Assembly (NCBI GenBank): GCA_943353165.1
Contig: CALRAM010000001.1
Coordinates: 173,803 to 237,802 of the forward strand
Length of the DNA stretch: 64,000 nt
Direction: 5' to 3'
DNA from: an uncultured Candidatus Saccharimonas sp.
Lineage (GTDB): Bacteria; Patescibacteriota; Saccharimonadia; Saccharimonadales; OMJO01
The notes beneath the pieces are model-generated. The model was not told the origin of the DNA and did not search any database. It saw only the letters and a program-made list of their open reading frames with translations. Within the stretch, counting starts at the first letter, position 1, and every line of letters starts with the position of its first letter. A program made the translations under genes and the position numbers. This document shows, piece after piece, positions 45,556 through 55,305 of the stretch.

Positions 45556-46593
45556 ATGGACGAAACTCCTAAAAATACAATCAATATCGAACAGGTGGTT
45601 ACTGAAGTACTGAATTCTATAGAACGTGAAAGAGAAAGAGAGATTATCTCTCGCCGTTTTGGATTATTTGATCGCAAAGAAACTTTGGAACAGATAGGTG
45701 AATTGCTAGGTATAACTAGGGAACGAGTCCGACAGCTAGAAAAAGCAGTAGTAAATAAATTACGAATAACTGCTACGGAAAACAAGCTGGCAAATATAGA
45801 GAACGCCCAAAAAGCATTCAAAGAAGAGCTAGTAAAGGTTGGTGGAGTAGCCAGAATCCAGAGTCTGTCCACAAAAATTGGCAGAGAAGCAAACCGCATT
45901 GACCAGTCACGCATAGCCTTTATAGCAGAACTAAGCCCAAAGCTAGTTGTACTTGGTGACAGTGATGACTTTTATCACGTCATAGGAATCAAAAGCGTAC
46001 ATGATATCAAAAAAATTAAATCCATGGTTTCTGAAATCATAGAAACAATTAAAAAAATTGAAGAGCCAGAAACCATTGATAAAATTGCGATTTCAATGAA
46101 CAGCAATGATCCTATGCAACTTGCCGCTCTAGCTAGTACTAGCAAGCAACTAGCGACTCTAAATGGACGCTGGGGCCTGATAATTTGGCCAATGGTTAAC
46201 CCTAAAAACATTCGCGATAAGATATATGTAATCCTAAAAGAAAACGGCAAGCACATGCACTTTAACGAAATAGCAGAATCAATAAAGAGTAGCTCTTTCA
46301 AACGCAAGGACGTAACTACCCAAGCAATTCATAACGAACTAATAAAAGACAAGCGCTTTGTACTAATAGGTCGCGGCATCTACGCTCTAAAAGAATGGGG
46401 CTACGAAAAAGGAACTGTAGCCGACATAATCACAGATGTACTTAAAAAATCAAAAGAACCACTTCATAGAGATGAAATCGTAAAGCGCGTTCTAAAAAGC
46501 CGCTATGTAAAAGAAACCACTATACTGCTAAACCTACAAGGCAAACCGCAGTTTAAGAGAGTAGCAAAAGCAACCTACGCGTTAGCAAAATAA
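45556..46593 (+). CDS. Sigma-70 region-4-like HTH + HARE-HTH domain protein
   Basis: The N-terminal RRFGLFDRKETLEQIGELLGITRERVRQLEKAVVNKLR matches sigma region 4. The C-terminal ..FVLIGRGIYALKEWGY.. is typical of HARE-HTH (RpoE-delta-like) domains. Confidence 0.6.
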   Translation: MDETPKNTINIEQVVTEVLNSIEREREREIISRRFGLFDRKETLEQIGELLGITRERVRQLEKAVVNKLRITATENKLANIENAQKAFKEELVKVGGVARIQSLSTKIGREANRIDQSRIAFIAELSPKLVVLGDSDDFYHVIGIKSVHDIKKIKSMVSEIIETIKKIEEPETIDKIAISMNSNDPMQLAALASTSKQLATLNGRWGLIIWPMVNPKNIRDKIYVILKENGKHMHFNEIAESIKSSSFKRKDVTTQAIHNELIKDKRFVLIGRGIYALKEWGYEKGTVADIITDVLKKSKEPLHRDEIVKRVLKSRYVKETTILLNLQGKPQFKRVAKATYALAK

Positions 46594-46992
46594 ACCCAAA
46601 AAAGTACTATTATCAATAGCGAACAAAATACGAACACTTTAGTGCAGGTAAAGTAGCATAGTAGGCAGTTTAATATAGCGTAATTAAACCAAAGAACGTG
46701 GCCGGAAAGAGAAGACAAAAAAATAAAATAAAAATAAATAGCAACTAGGTTAGAAGAATATAAAAATCACAATAGAACACAACACCGACATATACATACT
46801 ACGTCGTACAATGCATATTTTACGACACGCATATAAAGCATAACCTTGATTACCTATAACCCTATCACTAGGGGACAACGTCGTCTAAATGCAATAAGTT
46901 TGGACTGTACGAATAACACTAACTACACTGCGCCTGACTTGTATAGATATAGTGAAATCCCACGTATGGTTGGAAATGGTTTCTCCCGCACA

Positions 46993-47015
46993 TTATCCCC
47001 ACATAGTTATCCACA
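46993..47015 (+). promoter_or_regulatory. Tandem DnaA-box-like 9-mers
   Basis: TTATCCCCA (46993-47001) and TTATCCACA (47007-47015). The latter is identical to the classical TTATCCACA consensus. Both have the same orientation, with starts 14 nt apart. Confidence 0.45.
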
Positions 47016-47352
47016 GCTAGCGTGAAAACTTTTGCTTTTTCACAAATACATACTGTTGTAAGTTTTTAGTCCCTACTACCCTCTTTTAAGGGTATTTGAC
47101 AATTCCCTACTATGCAGTCATACTATGTTTTTTTCTTGGCTAAAGAGCTGTATGTGTTTATGAACATTTTACGAACATGCAAGGGGAGAGTGGGGTGCTT
47201 AATACTTTTTGTCAGCAAAGCATCTAGCACTATCTTTCATTAAGAAGTTAACAGATTTTTTAATTTCACAGAACCGTTCATTATAAACATAAAGCATATA
47301 ATATATCCCCTAGCCTAATGAGGGAAGCTATCAGACTCTTTACTTCCCTACT

Positions 47353-48267
47353 CTACTTGTAATATGAGCGTTCTGGAACCCTAACATCAATATACTCACT
47401 TGGATTAGTGTTTTGTGTCGTAAAACGTTCTCTTATAGCCAAGAAAGTGCCTGTCTGCAATCTTGCATCGCCGTTCATATCAAACTTTATATAGTAGTCC
47501 TTTTCTGTAGTTACAACCCTGAGTTCATTTATTAAGTTTGGTAATTGTAGTGCTTTTATTGAAACATTTTTAGCTTTTAGCTGTAACATGACTGTTGTTA
47601 TAAAGTCTACATAATCTTTTGGTAGCGCCACTTCGCCTTTCTTAATTTCTATCTTGCTATCGTCGACGACAGTCAATAGATACGTAGATAAGCTGGCATT
47701 TGTGTCCCAATAGGATACCAATGCCCTGCCGTCACTGCCTATGATATAACGAGATGTACCACTAGCTAGTATAAATGCCGGTATAGCAGGCTCTAGGCCA
47801 ATAACTGCCTCCCTGCCAACTATTGGTAGTCTGACTGTAGAGTGCTGGATTTCGGGAAACTCTTTTTCTATTTGCTTGGACACACTTTCGGTATTTATTG
47901 TTAACTTTGTTCTATTAAAAATAGAGCTTTCCAAAATCTGTCGGATACGCTGTTCGTAAACTTTTTTGTCTCTAAGCAAATTAGAGCCTGAATTAGATTT
48001 GCCTAGTATTATCCGAGGTCTTATTGTCAAAGTTAATGTGTACAAAACTGAGCCGACAATAACTATTACAATTAAATAACTTGGTATATGTTTTAGATGA
48101 TACTTTAGGTCTACTCTCTTCGAACTTTTTTTGATAGCCTTTGGGTCAGTATTGTTTGCTTGACGGTTAGGTCTATTATTGTAATATGAAAAACCAGGGT
48201 TACTGTTCAGGCGTTGTGAAGAAGATCTATTATTAGAACTAACCTGTTTTTTTTTAAATAGCATCAT
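47353..48267 (-). CDS. ftsQ: Cell division protein FtsQ/DivIB-like (POTRA domain)
   Basis: Disordered basic N-terminus and a single TM helix (YLIVIVIVGSVLYTLTL). The POTRA-like region and its position after murG in the dcw cluster support the call. Confidence 0.65.
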   Translation of the reverse strand: MMLFKKKQVSSNNRSSSQRLNSNPGFSYYNNRPNRQANNTDPKAIKKSSKRVDLKYHLKHIPSYLIVIVIVGSVLYTLTLTIRPRIILGKSNSGSNLLRDKKVYEQRIRQILESSIFNRTKLTINTESVSKQIEKEFPEIQHSTVRLPIVGREAVIGLEPAIPAFILASGTSRYIIGSDGRALVSYWDTNASLSTYLLTVVDDSKIEIKKGEVALPKDYVDFITTVMLQLKAKNVSIKALQLPNLINELRVVTTEKDYYIKFDMNGDARLQTGTFLAIRERFTTQNTNPSEYIDVRVPERSYYK

Positions 48268-49414
48268 TATCCTTGGCTGTATTTATTATAATCTTTGCTA
48301 GCTCCTGTGCAGCCTTTTTCTTTGTTAATGACCTTAGTTCCTTGCCCAAAACTTCCCGAATATTATCATAATCTAGTAGTTGCCTGACAGTCGTGTCCAG
48401 ACCTTTTGTAGGATGTTCAAACTCACTTTCTTGGACAACCTTTACAGAGTGATTTTGCAATAAATAATCCGCATTAACCAGCTGGTGGCCACCGGTTAGA
48501 TCCGGGTTTGGAACTACTACACAAGCTTTTGATTGGATCCCCAGCTCTGCCAAAGTATTTGCGCCAGCCCTTGTTATAACCACATCTGCAGAACCAGTGT
48601 ATTGGTACATGGAGCTCATAAATTCTATCGGCATTACCCTATTGTTTTTCTCTATGTTTCTGTATATTTTTAGGTTTCCCTTTCCAACTTGATGGATTAT
48701 ATAAAGATTTGGGTAATCTAAAAGTAATCTAGGTATTATCTTCATCATTTCCGAGTTAATCCTTTGCGCTCCAATACTACCGCCTGTTACGAGCAAAACT
48801 AACGATTTAACTGGAATTTTTAGTTCCTGACGATAACTATCTTTTAGCTCTTTGGTTACCAATCTATAGTCATCTCCCACTAAAACTCCTATGTATCTAG
48901 TGCTTTCTCTAGGATAGCTATAATACTCTGCAGGCATTGCCGTAGCGTGTACAGACGCCCATCTACTAACCATTCTATTTGCTAAACCTGGTATGGCATC
49001 AGAATCATGGGTAACAAAAGGAACCTTGCACAAAGCCGAAGCCAATCCAACAGGAACTCCAACAAAACCACCTTTTAGGAATACTACATTAGGCTGTAAT
49101 TCCCTGACTATTTTTATAGCCTGACAAATACCTATCAACATAAAAAACATATCACGTATATTTAAGGCTATTGTTCTAAAATCTATTATTCGGTTAAACC
49201 AATTTTCTTTATGATAGCGACGAAATTTTCCGGCATATATAGTCCGAATCTCATCAATTGTTTTGCTGCCCTCCACCATATCCAGAAATTTACCCTTTTT
49301 TTCTCCAACATAAATAATACGGCAATTAGGGTCTAGCTTTTTTAATTTACTTGCGACGGCTAAGATAGGCGTGATGTGTCCGCCCGTTCCCCCGCCGCTG
49401 ACTATAATTGTCAT
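48254..49414 (-). CDS. murG: UDP-GlcNAc:undecaprenyl-PP-MurNAc-pentapeptide GlcNAc transferase
   Basis: SGGGTGGHITP sits at the N-terminus when started at ATG 49414, which has an AAAGGGGA SD; the track ORF extends to 49498. The C-terminal GGS..A..E motif region is present. Confidence 0.88.
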   Translation of the reverse strand: MTIIVSGGGTGGHITPILAVASKLKKLDPNCRIIYVGEKKGKFLDMVEGSKTIDEIRTIYAGKFRRYHKENWFNRIIDFRTIALNIRDMFFMLIGICQAIKIVRELQPNVVFLKGGFVGVPVGLASALCKVPFVTHDSDAIPGLANRMVSRWASVHATAMPAEYYSYPRESTRYIGVLVGDDYRLVTKELKDSYRQELKIPVKSLVLLVTGGSIGAQRINSEMMKIIPRLLLDYPNLYIIHQVGKGNLKIYRNIEKNNRVMPIEFMSSMYQYTGSADVVITRAGANTLAELGIQSKACVVVPNPDLTGGHQLVNADYLLQNHSVKVVQESEFEHPTKGLDTTVRQLLDYDNIREVLGKELRSLTKKKAAQELAKIIINTAKDNDAI

Positions 49415-50591
49415 GACTTCCCCTTTCTGTTGCACTACCATTGTCATATAAAGTATACCGAGATATATTAAAAACCAAACCAACTGCAGCAGTAACAAAT
49501 ACGACGCTTGTACCTCCGTAGCTGAGGAAAGGCAGTGTAATACCTTTTATAGGTAATAGCCCGATCATTGCCCCGATATTTATCATGGTCTGGGCACTTA
49601 GCCAGCCCAAAACTCCTGCAACTAGCAAACGAGTAAAAACGTCAGGTGCCCTAAGCATAATATTTTTTAGTCTGGAAAAAAACAGAATAAAAACAGATAG
49701 AACTGCAATTAATCCTAAAAAACCAAACTTTTCGCCCATTATGGCAAATATTGAATCGTTGGCCGCCTCTGGCAAATATCCATATGCCTGTACATCGTGT
49801 GCAAACCCCTTTCCAAACAACCCGCCAGAACCAACTGCTATTAATGCTTGACATGCTTGATATCCTTCATTTAAACAATCTTTTTGAGGATTAAAAAATG
49901 TTGCAAATCTCTGCCGGCGATACGGCGTACTGGATACCAACAAAAGTACGCCTATGGCACCGATAGCACTAATCATGCCGATTTTTTTAAGCGGTACACC
50001 TGACACAAAACTCATAGATATAGTTATTGCAGCCAGTACGACCGTAGAGCCTAAGTCACTCTGCAGAAATGCAACGGTAAAACCTATAATAACCAATACG
50101 ACCAATATGGGCTGAAGAGTTTTTTTAGAATCTCCCAGCTCCTTATATAAAACACGCCGGTACAGAAATGTAGCCAACCATATTATTAGAGCAAATTTCA
50201 AAAACTCTACAGCCTGAAATGAAAATCCTCCTACTTGTATCCATCGATATGCACCATTTGTCTTTTCTCCTAACAACCTAACTGCAACAACCGATATTCC
50301 TGCTAATACTATTAACTGATTTTGGATATTTTGCCAGAACTTTAATGAAACGTTTGCTGTAAACAAAAAAGAAAATACTCCCAGTAATATAGCTATAAAC
50401 TGTTTGCTGACAAAATAGTTTGCGCTAACATTTTTCTGTACCGCCAAGCCTGGGCTAATTGAATATATCACTACTAGTCCAACGACCAAGAGCGATAAAC
50501 TTAACATCAAAAGAGCATAGTCTGGTTTATGTCTTCTCTGGTTTGACTCTAGTTGTCTTGGCTGTCGCCTATCCACCCTGTCAGAGTTCAT
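49347..50591 (-). CDS. ftsW: SEDS-family peptidoglycan polymerase FtsW
   Basis: Ten-TM SEDS pattern with EFLKFALIIWLA, PEAANDSIFA and LPFLSYGGTS motifs. The 3' end overlaps the murG start by 68 nt. Confidence 0.88.
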   Translation of the reverse strand: MNSDRVDRRQPRQLESNQRRHKPDYALLMLSLSLLVVGLVVIYSISPGLAVQKNVSANYFVSKQFIAILLGVFSFLFTANVSLKFWQNIQNQLIVLAGISVVAVRLLGEKTNGAYRWIQVGGFSFQAVEFLKFALIIWLATFLYRRVLYKELGDSKKTLQPILVVLVIIGFTVAFLQSDLGSTVVLAAITISMSFVSGVPLKKIGMISAIGAIGVLLLVSSTPYRRQRFATFFNPQKDCLNEGYQACQALIAVGSGGLFGKGFAHDVQAYGYLPEAANDSIFAIMGEKFGFLGLIAVLSVFILFFSRLKNIMLRAPDVFTRLLVAGVLGWLSAQTMINIGAMIGLLPIKGITLPFLSYGGTSVVFVTAAVGLVFNISRYTLYDNGSATERGSHDNYSQRRGNGRTHHAYLSRRK

Positions 50592-50592
50592 A

Positions 50593-51639
50593 TTATCTGT
50601 TGCCTGTTCCTAGTAAAAACAGCAGCAGCCCTATTACACTAGCAACTTGACCCAGTATCCAAAAACGCATAGTTACCTTTGCTTCTGGCCAACCTATAGC
50701 TTCAAAATGATGATGTATTGGCGCGATCTTAAAAATCTTTTTTCCACCACGTAACTTTTTGGATGTTATTTGTAAAACACTAGAGCCAGCTTCTAAAACA
50801 AAAATAATACCTATAACTGGCAACAAAACTACAGTGTCGGTAATCATAGCCACAACGCCCAGCGCTGTCCCCAGACCAAAAGACCCTATATCCCCCATAA
50901 AAAACCTAGCTGGAAATATATTGAACCAAGTATAACTGAGCAATCCCCCCACAATAGTCATGCAAAAAGCAGACACACCGTAGCGTTGTTGAATGAAAGC
51001 TATCAAAGCATATACAGCGAAGGCACTGACGCACAGACCCCCCGCCAAACCGTCCAAACCATCAGTTATATTTACGGCATTAGCAGTAGAGACTACAACT
51101 AGAACAAACAATGGAATAATCAACCAGCCTATGTGTACATTTCCCATAAATGGTATAGACAAGCTCTGGACATCTAGCTTTGCATAGAAAAACCAGCCTC
51201 CTACGAGCGCCACTGATGAAATTAGGGACATCTTAAGTTTTCCAGACAATCCAGCTACTCCTAGCCCGCTACCTCTAATATTTATGATATCGTCGATGCC
51301 GCCTACACAAGCTGCGCCTATTAGTGCTGCTAGCGGCAACCAGGTTTCGGTTCGTTCTAAATTAAATAGCATAGTAACTACCAAAGTTGATAATACAAAT
51401 ATCAAACCAGCCATAGTAGGGATATTACGGGCATGCTTTTCGGCGTGCAAAGCAGAAAAAACAGTCGCCTTTTCGCCTGTGGTTGCATTTTGACGTGGCT
51501 TTTTCCACCATTTTCCTCTGTAGGCCATACCACTGTAAATTGGCGTAATCGCCATGCTAAGAGCAAAACCCAAAAACCCGAGTGACAATATACGAACAAC
51601 TGTGCTAGTTTCTACTGTTATATTTATTAGATTATCCAT
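50593..51639 (-). CDS. mraY: Phospho-N-acetylmuramoyl-pentapeptide transferase
   Basis: NAVNITDGLDGLA, MGDIGSFGLG and APIHHHFE motifs. Confidence 0.92.
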   Translation of the reverse strand: MDNLINITVETSTVVRILSLGFLGFALSMAITPIYSGMAYRGKWWKKPRQNATTGEKATVFSALHAEKHARNIPTMAGLIFVLSTLVVTMLFNLERTETWLPLAALIGAACVGGIDDIINIRGSGLGVAGLSGKLKMSLISSVALVGGWFFYAKLDVQSLSIPFMGNVHIGWLIIPLFVLVVVSTANAVNITDGLDGLAGGLCVSAFAVYALIAFIQQRYGVSAFCMTIVGGLLSYTWFNIFPARFFMGDIGSFGLGTALGVVAMITDTVVLLPVIGIIFVLEAGSSVLQITSKKLRGGKKIFKIAPIHHHFEAIGWPEAKVTMRFWILGQVASVIGLLLFLLGTGNR

Positions 51640-51660
51640 AAAGCTCCTCCTATTATACTA

Positions 51661-53433
51661 CTAATGCATCTTTGGGGTAACACCATAACTATCTATCAGC
51701 ATATTTGTAAGCTTCAAAAAAATAGGTGCAGCCGCTTTTGCTCCTGCATATCCAGGAATTTTTGGATCATTTACTCTGATAGATATAACATACTGCGGTC
51801 TATCGCCACCTACAAAACCTACATATGTTCCGTTAAATATATTAGTATAGTATCCTCCGTCAGGATTAGCCTCCTGTGCGGTTCCTGTTTTGCCTCCAAT
51901 ATTAAATTCGGGCCTTGGCACATTTGAACTCTGAGAATTATAAGCCCGAAAATTCTTTGTATATGTTTCTATCATATACTCTCTAATTGTGTCGCTAACT
52001 TCCTTCTTTACCACGTTATTACGCACAACTACAGGTTTTGTATCTTTATTTAATCCATTTGGTTCAGTATATTTTTCTATTAAATAAGGTCGATAATAAA
52101 CGCCCCCATTTATAACACTTGAAATTGCTAACCCCAATTGTAGCGGTGTGGCTGTTATTCCTTGTCCAAAACCAGTGTTTGCATACTTGATATTTAATCC
52201 GTATCCATCAGTAGGGCTAGGGACACTACCGGCTGCCTCGTAACCTTGCTCAATTCCTGTTTCTTTTCCATACTGGTAATGATCTACCAAGTAATTATGC
52301 CATGCTATCCTAGCTTTTTCATTAATTTCTCCACCACCCATTTGCATTACCAACCAAGTTGCGCCAGTATTTAGCGAAAGTTGCAATATGTCCTTCATGC
52401 TTCTGGTTGCGGCTCCACCATCTTCTTCTACGTTTACGACTTTAGAGTCCCCTATCACCCAAACACTGGGATCAAAATAGGTCGTGTCTTTGTTTACGAC
52501 CCCTTGATCTAGGGCGGCAGCCAAAGTTAATGGCTTCATGGTCGATCCTATTTCCATAGGAGAGCTAACTATGGCATTGGAGAACACACTTAAGTCCGTA
52601 ACTTTAGAAAAATCACTAGGATTATATGTAGGGTAATTAGCCATAGCTTTGATTGCGCCACTATATGGATCAATTATCACAGCTCCACCAGATTTAGAGC
52701 TTGCTGCTTCTAGTCCCTGTTTTAATATATCCTCCAGTTGTTGTTGCATGCCCAAATCAATTGTCAAAGCTAATTGGCTCCCATTTTTTGGAGATACTAG
52801 TATATTGTCCTGATTACTAGCTAACGGGACTCCTTGTGCGTCTGTTATAGCCTTCAATTTGCCAGGTTTCCCTGTCAATGTTTCATTCAAAGCTTGCTCT
52901 ATACCATACTTCCCTATCCCTTCATCATTCACAAAACCTAACAACTGTGAAGCTAGCTGACCTTGTGGGTATGTTCTCTGTACGGTTTCACGGAAACCGA
53001 TACCTTTAAGCTTTAAACCTTCTAATTTTTGTTTTTGTTCTTTGCTGACTTTTTTGGCCAAAATAGAATACCGAGTATCCTTCTCCATCAACTTTCTTAG
53101 ATCTTCAGGTTTTCCACCTAAAATATCTGAAACTTTAGTAGAAGTTTGTGCTACATCGACTATAAATTTGGGGTCAGCGTAAACTGTAAAAAGCGACTCA
53201 TTTAATACTAACGGCACCAAAACACCACTACTATGTGCGACGATAGTACCCCTCTCTGCTGGAAGTTCGTATTGTTTTAACTGGTCACTCAGCGCTGCTT
53301 TTTGATAATAATCATGCTTGATAATTTGAACATAAAAAAGCCTTACTACAAAAATAGACATTATAAATACTAAAAAAGCGAACCAAGTTTGGATACGCAA
53401 CTTTGGGTTTATTTCTTTTTCTGATGGATTCAT
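51661..53433 (-). CDS. ftsI: Penicillin-binding protein (class B transpeptidase, FtsI-type)
   Basis: N-terminal TM anchor and dimerisation domain. Active-site STMK and KTGTA motifs. Confidence 0.88.
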   Translation of the reverse strand: MNPSEKEINPKLRIQTWFAFLVFIMSIFVVRLFYVQIIKHDYYQKAALSDQLKQYELPAERGTIVAHSSGVLVPLVLNESLFTVYADPKFIVDVAQTSTKVSDILGGKPEDLRKLMEKDTRYSILAKKVSKEQKQKLEGLKLKGIGFRETVQRTYPQGQLASQLLGFVNDEGIGKYGIEQALNETLTGKPGKLKAITDAQGVPLASNQDNILVSPKNGSQLALTIDLGMQQQLEDILKQGLEAASSKSGGAVIIDPYSGAIKAMANYPTYNPSDFSKVTDLSVFSNAIVSSPMEIGSTMKPLTLAAALDQGVVNKDTTYFDPSVWVIGDSKVVNVEEDGGAATRSMKDILQLSLNTGATWLVMQMGGGEINEKARIAWHNYLVDHYQYGKETGIEQGYEAAGSVPSPTDGYGLNIKYANTGFGQGITATPLQLGLAISSVINGGVYYRPYLIEKYTEPNGLNKDTKPVVVRNNVVKKEVSDTIREYMIETYTKNFRAYNSQSSNVPRPEFNIGGKTGTAQEANPDGGYYTNIFNGTYVGFVGGDRPQYVISIRVNDPKIPGYAGAKAAAPIFLKLTNMLIDSYGVTPKMH

Positions 53434-53461
53434 CTAAATAGTATAACCTTTCGTAGGCATA

Positions 53462-53809
53462 CTAATTCTGAATCGTACTTACTGGAGCGACAGAAACTAA
53501 GTTTTTGGCAACTTCGCTATTTTTTACACGATCCAATGATTGCAACCGTGCCGAAGCCACTTCCAAATCAGAATTTTGGCTTTTAAGTTCTGTTTGTTGT
53601 TTTTGAAGTGTATTAATTTTGTAACTAAAGGCATTTGTTTTCGTTACTTGGGTCAGATACAAAAGGCCCAACAAACATGCTAGAATTATTAGAGATATAG
53701 TGTTACTGACTGGTCCTAAAACATTACTAGTAGAGCTAAAATTTGTTGTGTTCTGATTTCGTCTGGCAAATCTCTTGCGATTCATAGATACAGTACTGGA
53801 ATATGTCAT
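53462..53809 (-). CDS. ftsL: FtsL-like division protein
   Basis: 115 aa. A single TM helix is followed by a coiled-coil-like QKQQTELKSQNSDLEVASARLQS. It sits between rsmH and ftsI. Confidence 0.55.
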   Translation of the reverse strand: MTYSSTVSMNRKRFARRNQNTTNFSSTSNVLGPVSNTISLIILACLLGLLYLTQVTKTNAFSYKINTLQKQQTELKSQNSDLEVASARLQSLDRVKNSEVAKNLVSVAPVSTIQN

Positions 53810-53937
53810 TTTTGTCCTTTTTTATTTTCCGTATCTGGCCGGTAAAGACCAGATACGGTCTGGTGCTTACTAGTCTTAGCCTATTCTGACTTTGACCTTG
53901 TATGCACGGGAAAGATTTTTTACCTGTATAGGCATTT

Positions 53938-54945
53938 TTATTCCCCTTTCTTTTTTATTTTAACTGCGGCTCGAAGTTTTGCGCTTCTTGCTCGCGGATT
54001 GAAAACTAATTCAGCGTCACTGGCAGTCACAGGCTGTTTGGTCAATAGTTTGATTGTTGAGTCGTAGCGGTCTCCTGCTTCGTCTGCAAACGCCCTCTTG
54101 ATCATACGATCTTCTAGGCTATGAAAACTAATGACTGCTATTCGCCCGTTTGGTTTTAGCATCTTTATCAGGGTAGGCATAGATATTTCTATCTGTGCTA
54201 GTTCGTCATTTACGACAATTCTAAGCGCTTGAAACGTTCGAATTGCTGGATGATGTTTGCTACCACTTCTCCATCCTGCTGAAGATGCGACGATTTTTGC
54301 GAGTTGTTGGGTGGTTGTGATTGGCCGATGAGCCACTATCTCTCGAGCTATACGATTGGCCCGCGGTTCTTCACCGTAACGTCGGATTATTTCCGCCAGC
54401 TTTGCTTCGTCATAATTATTTACTATGTCCGATGCAGTGATGCCTTTGGATTGATCCATACGCATGTCTAGTGGCCCATCTAGCCTTACACTAAAACCAC
54501 GACTCGCAGAGTCAAGGTGCGGTGACGACACTCCCAAATCAGCCAAAATAATATCAAATTGTCTACCCTTTGAAGACAGTTCTTGGACTACCGATGCAAA
54601 ATCCTGATGGATTATCTCGGGTTTTTTGCCTGCAAACTGCTGCTCTAGGTAGTCAATTGCTTTTTGATCGCGATCGACGAGAACAGCCTGTTTCGGCTGA
54701 AAGGTGCGTTCCATTATTTCCTTTGCGTGTCCGCCATAACCTGCCGTTAAGTCAAGGTAGAATTCTCCTTTTCTAGGTTCCAGGAAATGCAAAACTTCGC
54801 TCAGTAATACAGGAATATGTTGCCCAGCGGTAAGCCTTTGCTCAGATTGGCTTTTGCTAATCAAAACGCCGTCATTGCGACGGTCTAGCGAGAGTTTATT
54901 GCTGGGTTCATTTGTATTTTGGTTTTTTTGGTACATGTTTTTCAT
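53938..54945 (-). CDS. rsmH: 16S rRNA (cytosine1402-N4)-methyltransferase
   Basis: HIPVLLSEV, DLTAGYGGHA, DLGVSSPHLD and SFHSLEDR motifs. There is a ~40-aa N-terminal extension. Confidence 0.92.
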   Translation of the reverse strand: MKNMYQKNQNTNEPSNKLSLDRRNDGVLISKSQSEQRLTAGQHIPVLLSEVLHFLEPRKGEFYLDLTAGYGGHAKEIMERTFQPKQAVLVDRDQKAIDYLEQQFAGKKPEIIHQDFASVVQELSSKGRQFDIILADLGVSSPHLDSASRGFSVRLDGPLDMRMDQSKGITASDIVNNYDEAKLAEIIRRYGEEPRANRIAREIVAHRPITTTQQLAKIVASSAGWRSGSKHHPAIRTFQALRIVVNDELAQIEISMPTLIKMLKPNGRIAVISFHSLEDRMIKRAFADEAGDRYDSTIKLLTKQPVTASDAELVFNPRARSAKLRAAVKIKKKGE

Positions 54946-55305
54946 GCCTTTTTTTGGTGTTCCATAAATGGTAATTTATGGAGTTCCTTTTTTGTTTTTG
55001 CAAGGTCACCTATTCAGCAGCCAACTTTTTTGTTTTTTTGTTGTTTTTGTTTTTTTTGGTTTTATCCGTATGCAAGAGAGATTCTATTTTTGAACCTCTT
55101 TTGCTGGCTAGAACCGAAGTTTGAGAGACTTATGTGAGGTGGAGTTTTGGGAGGTGTTTTTTTAAGTAAGGTGCGAGGGTTTTTATGGTGGTTACCCTAA
55201 TACCACCTGTTGACTGCCGAATAGCTAACCTCGAGTCTAGTTATAGTGATGCTAGCTTTTCTTTGTGTGCTGAATAAGTTGTTAATGAGCAGTGTCCCAG
55301 CTTTT

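Noticed and set aside
46594-47352. A canonical dif (XerC/XerD) site in the convergence region.
   Set aside because: I searched by eye for ..ATAA-N6-TTATG..-type imperfect palindromes. The best candidate (reverse strand around 47280-47310, ..TTATGTTTATAAT) lacks a matching left arm. I cannot call a dif site without a lineage-specific model.
53832-53861. A perfect 10-bp hairpin (CCGTATCTGG...CCAGATACGG) between rsmH and ftsL as a terminator.
   Set aside because: On the mRNA-sense (minus) strand it is followed by an A-run, not a U-run, and it sits inside an operon. It may be a stabilising or processing element, but it is not a terminator. I have not listed it as a feature.
54985-55080. A T/G-rich low-complexity stretch (plus strand) that might be a tandem repeat, a CRISPR-like array, or the 72-aa ORF 54919-55137.
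   Set aside because: There is no unit periodicity and no repeat-spacer structure. The ORF is a poly-Phe/Cys artefact of the homopolymer-rich sequence. It is better explained as the A-rich mRNA-sense spacer of the dcw operon.
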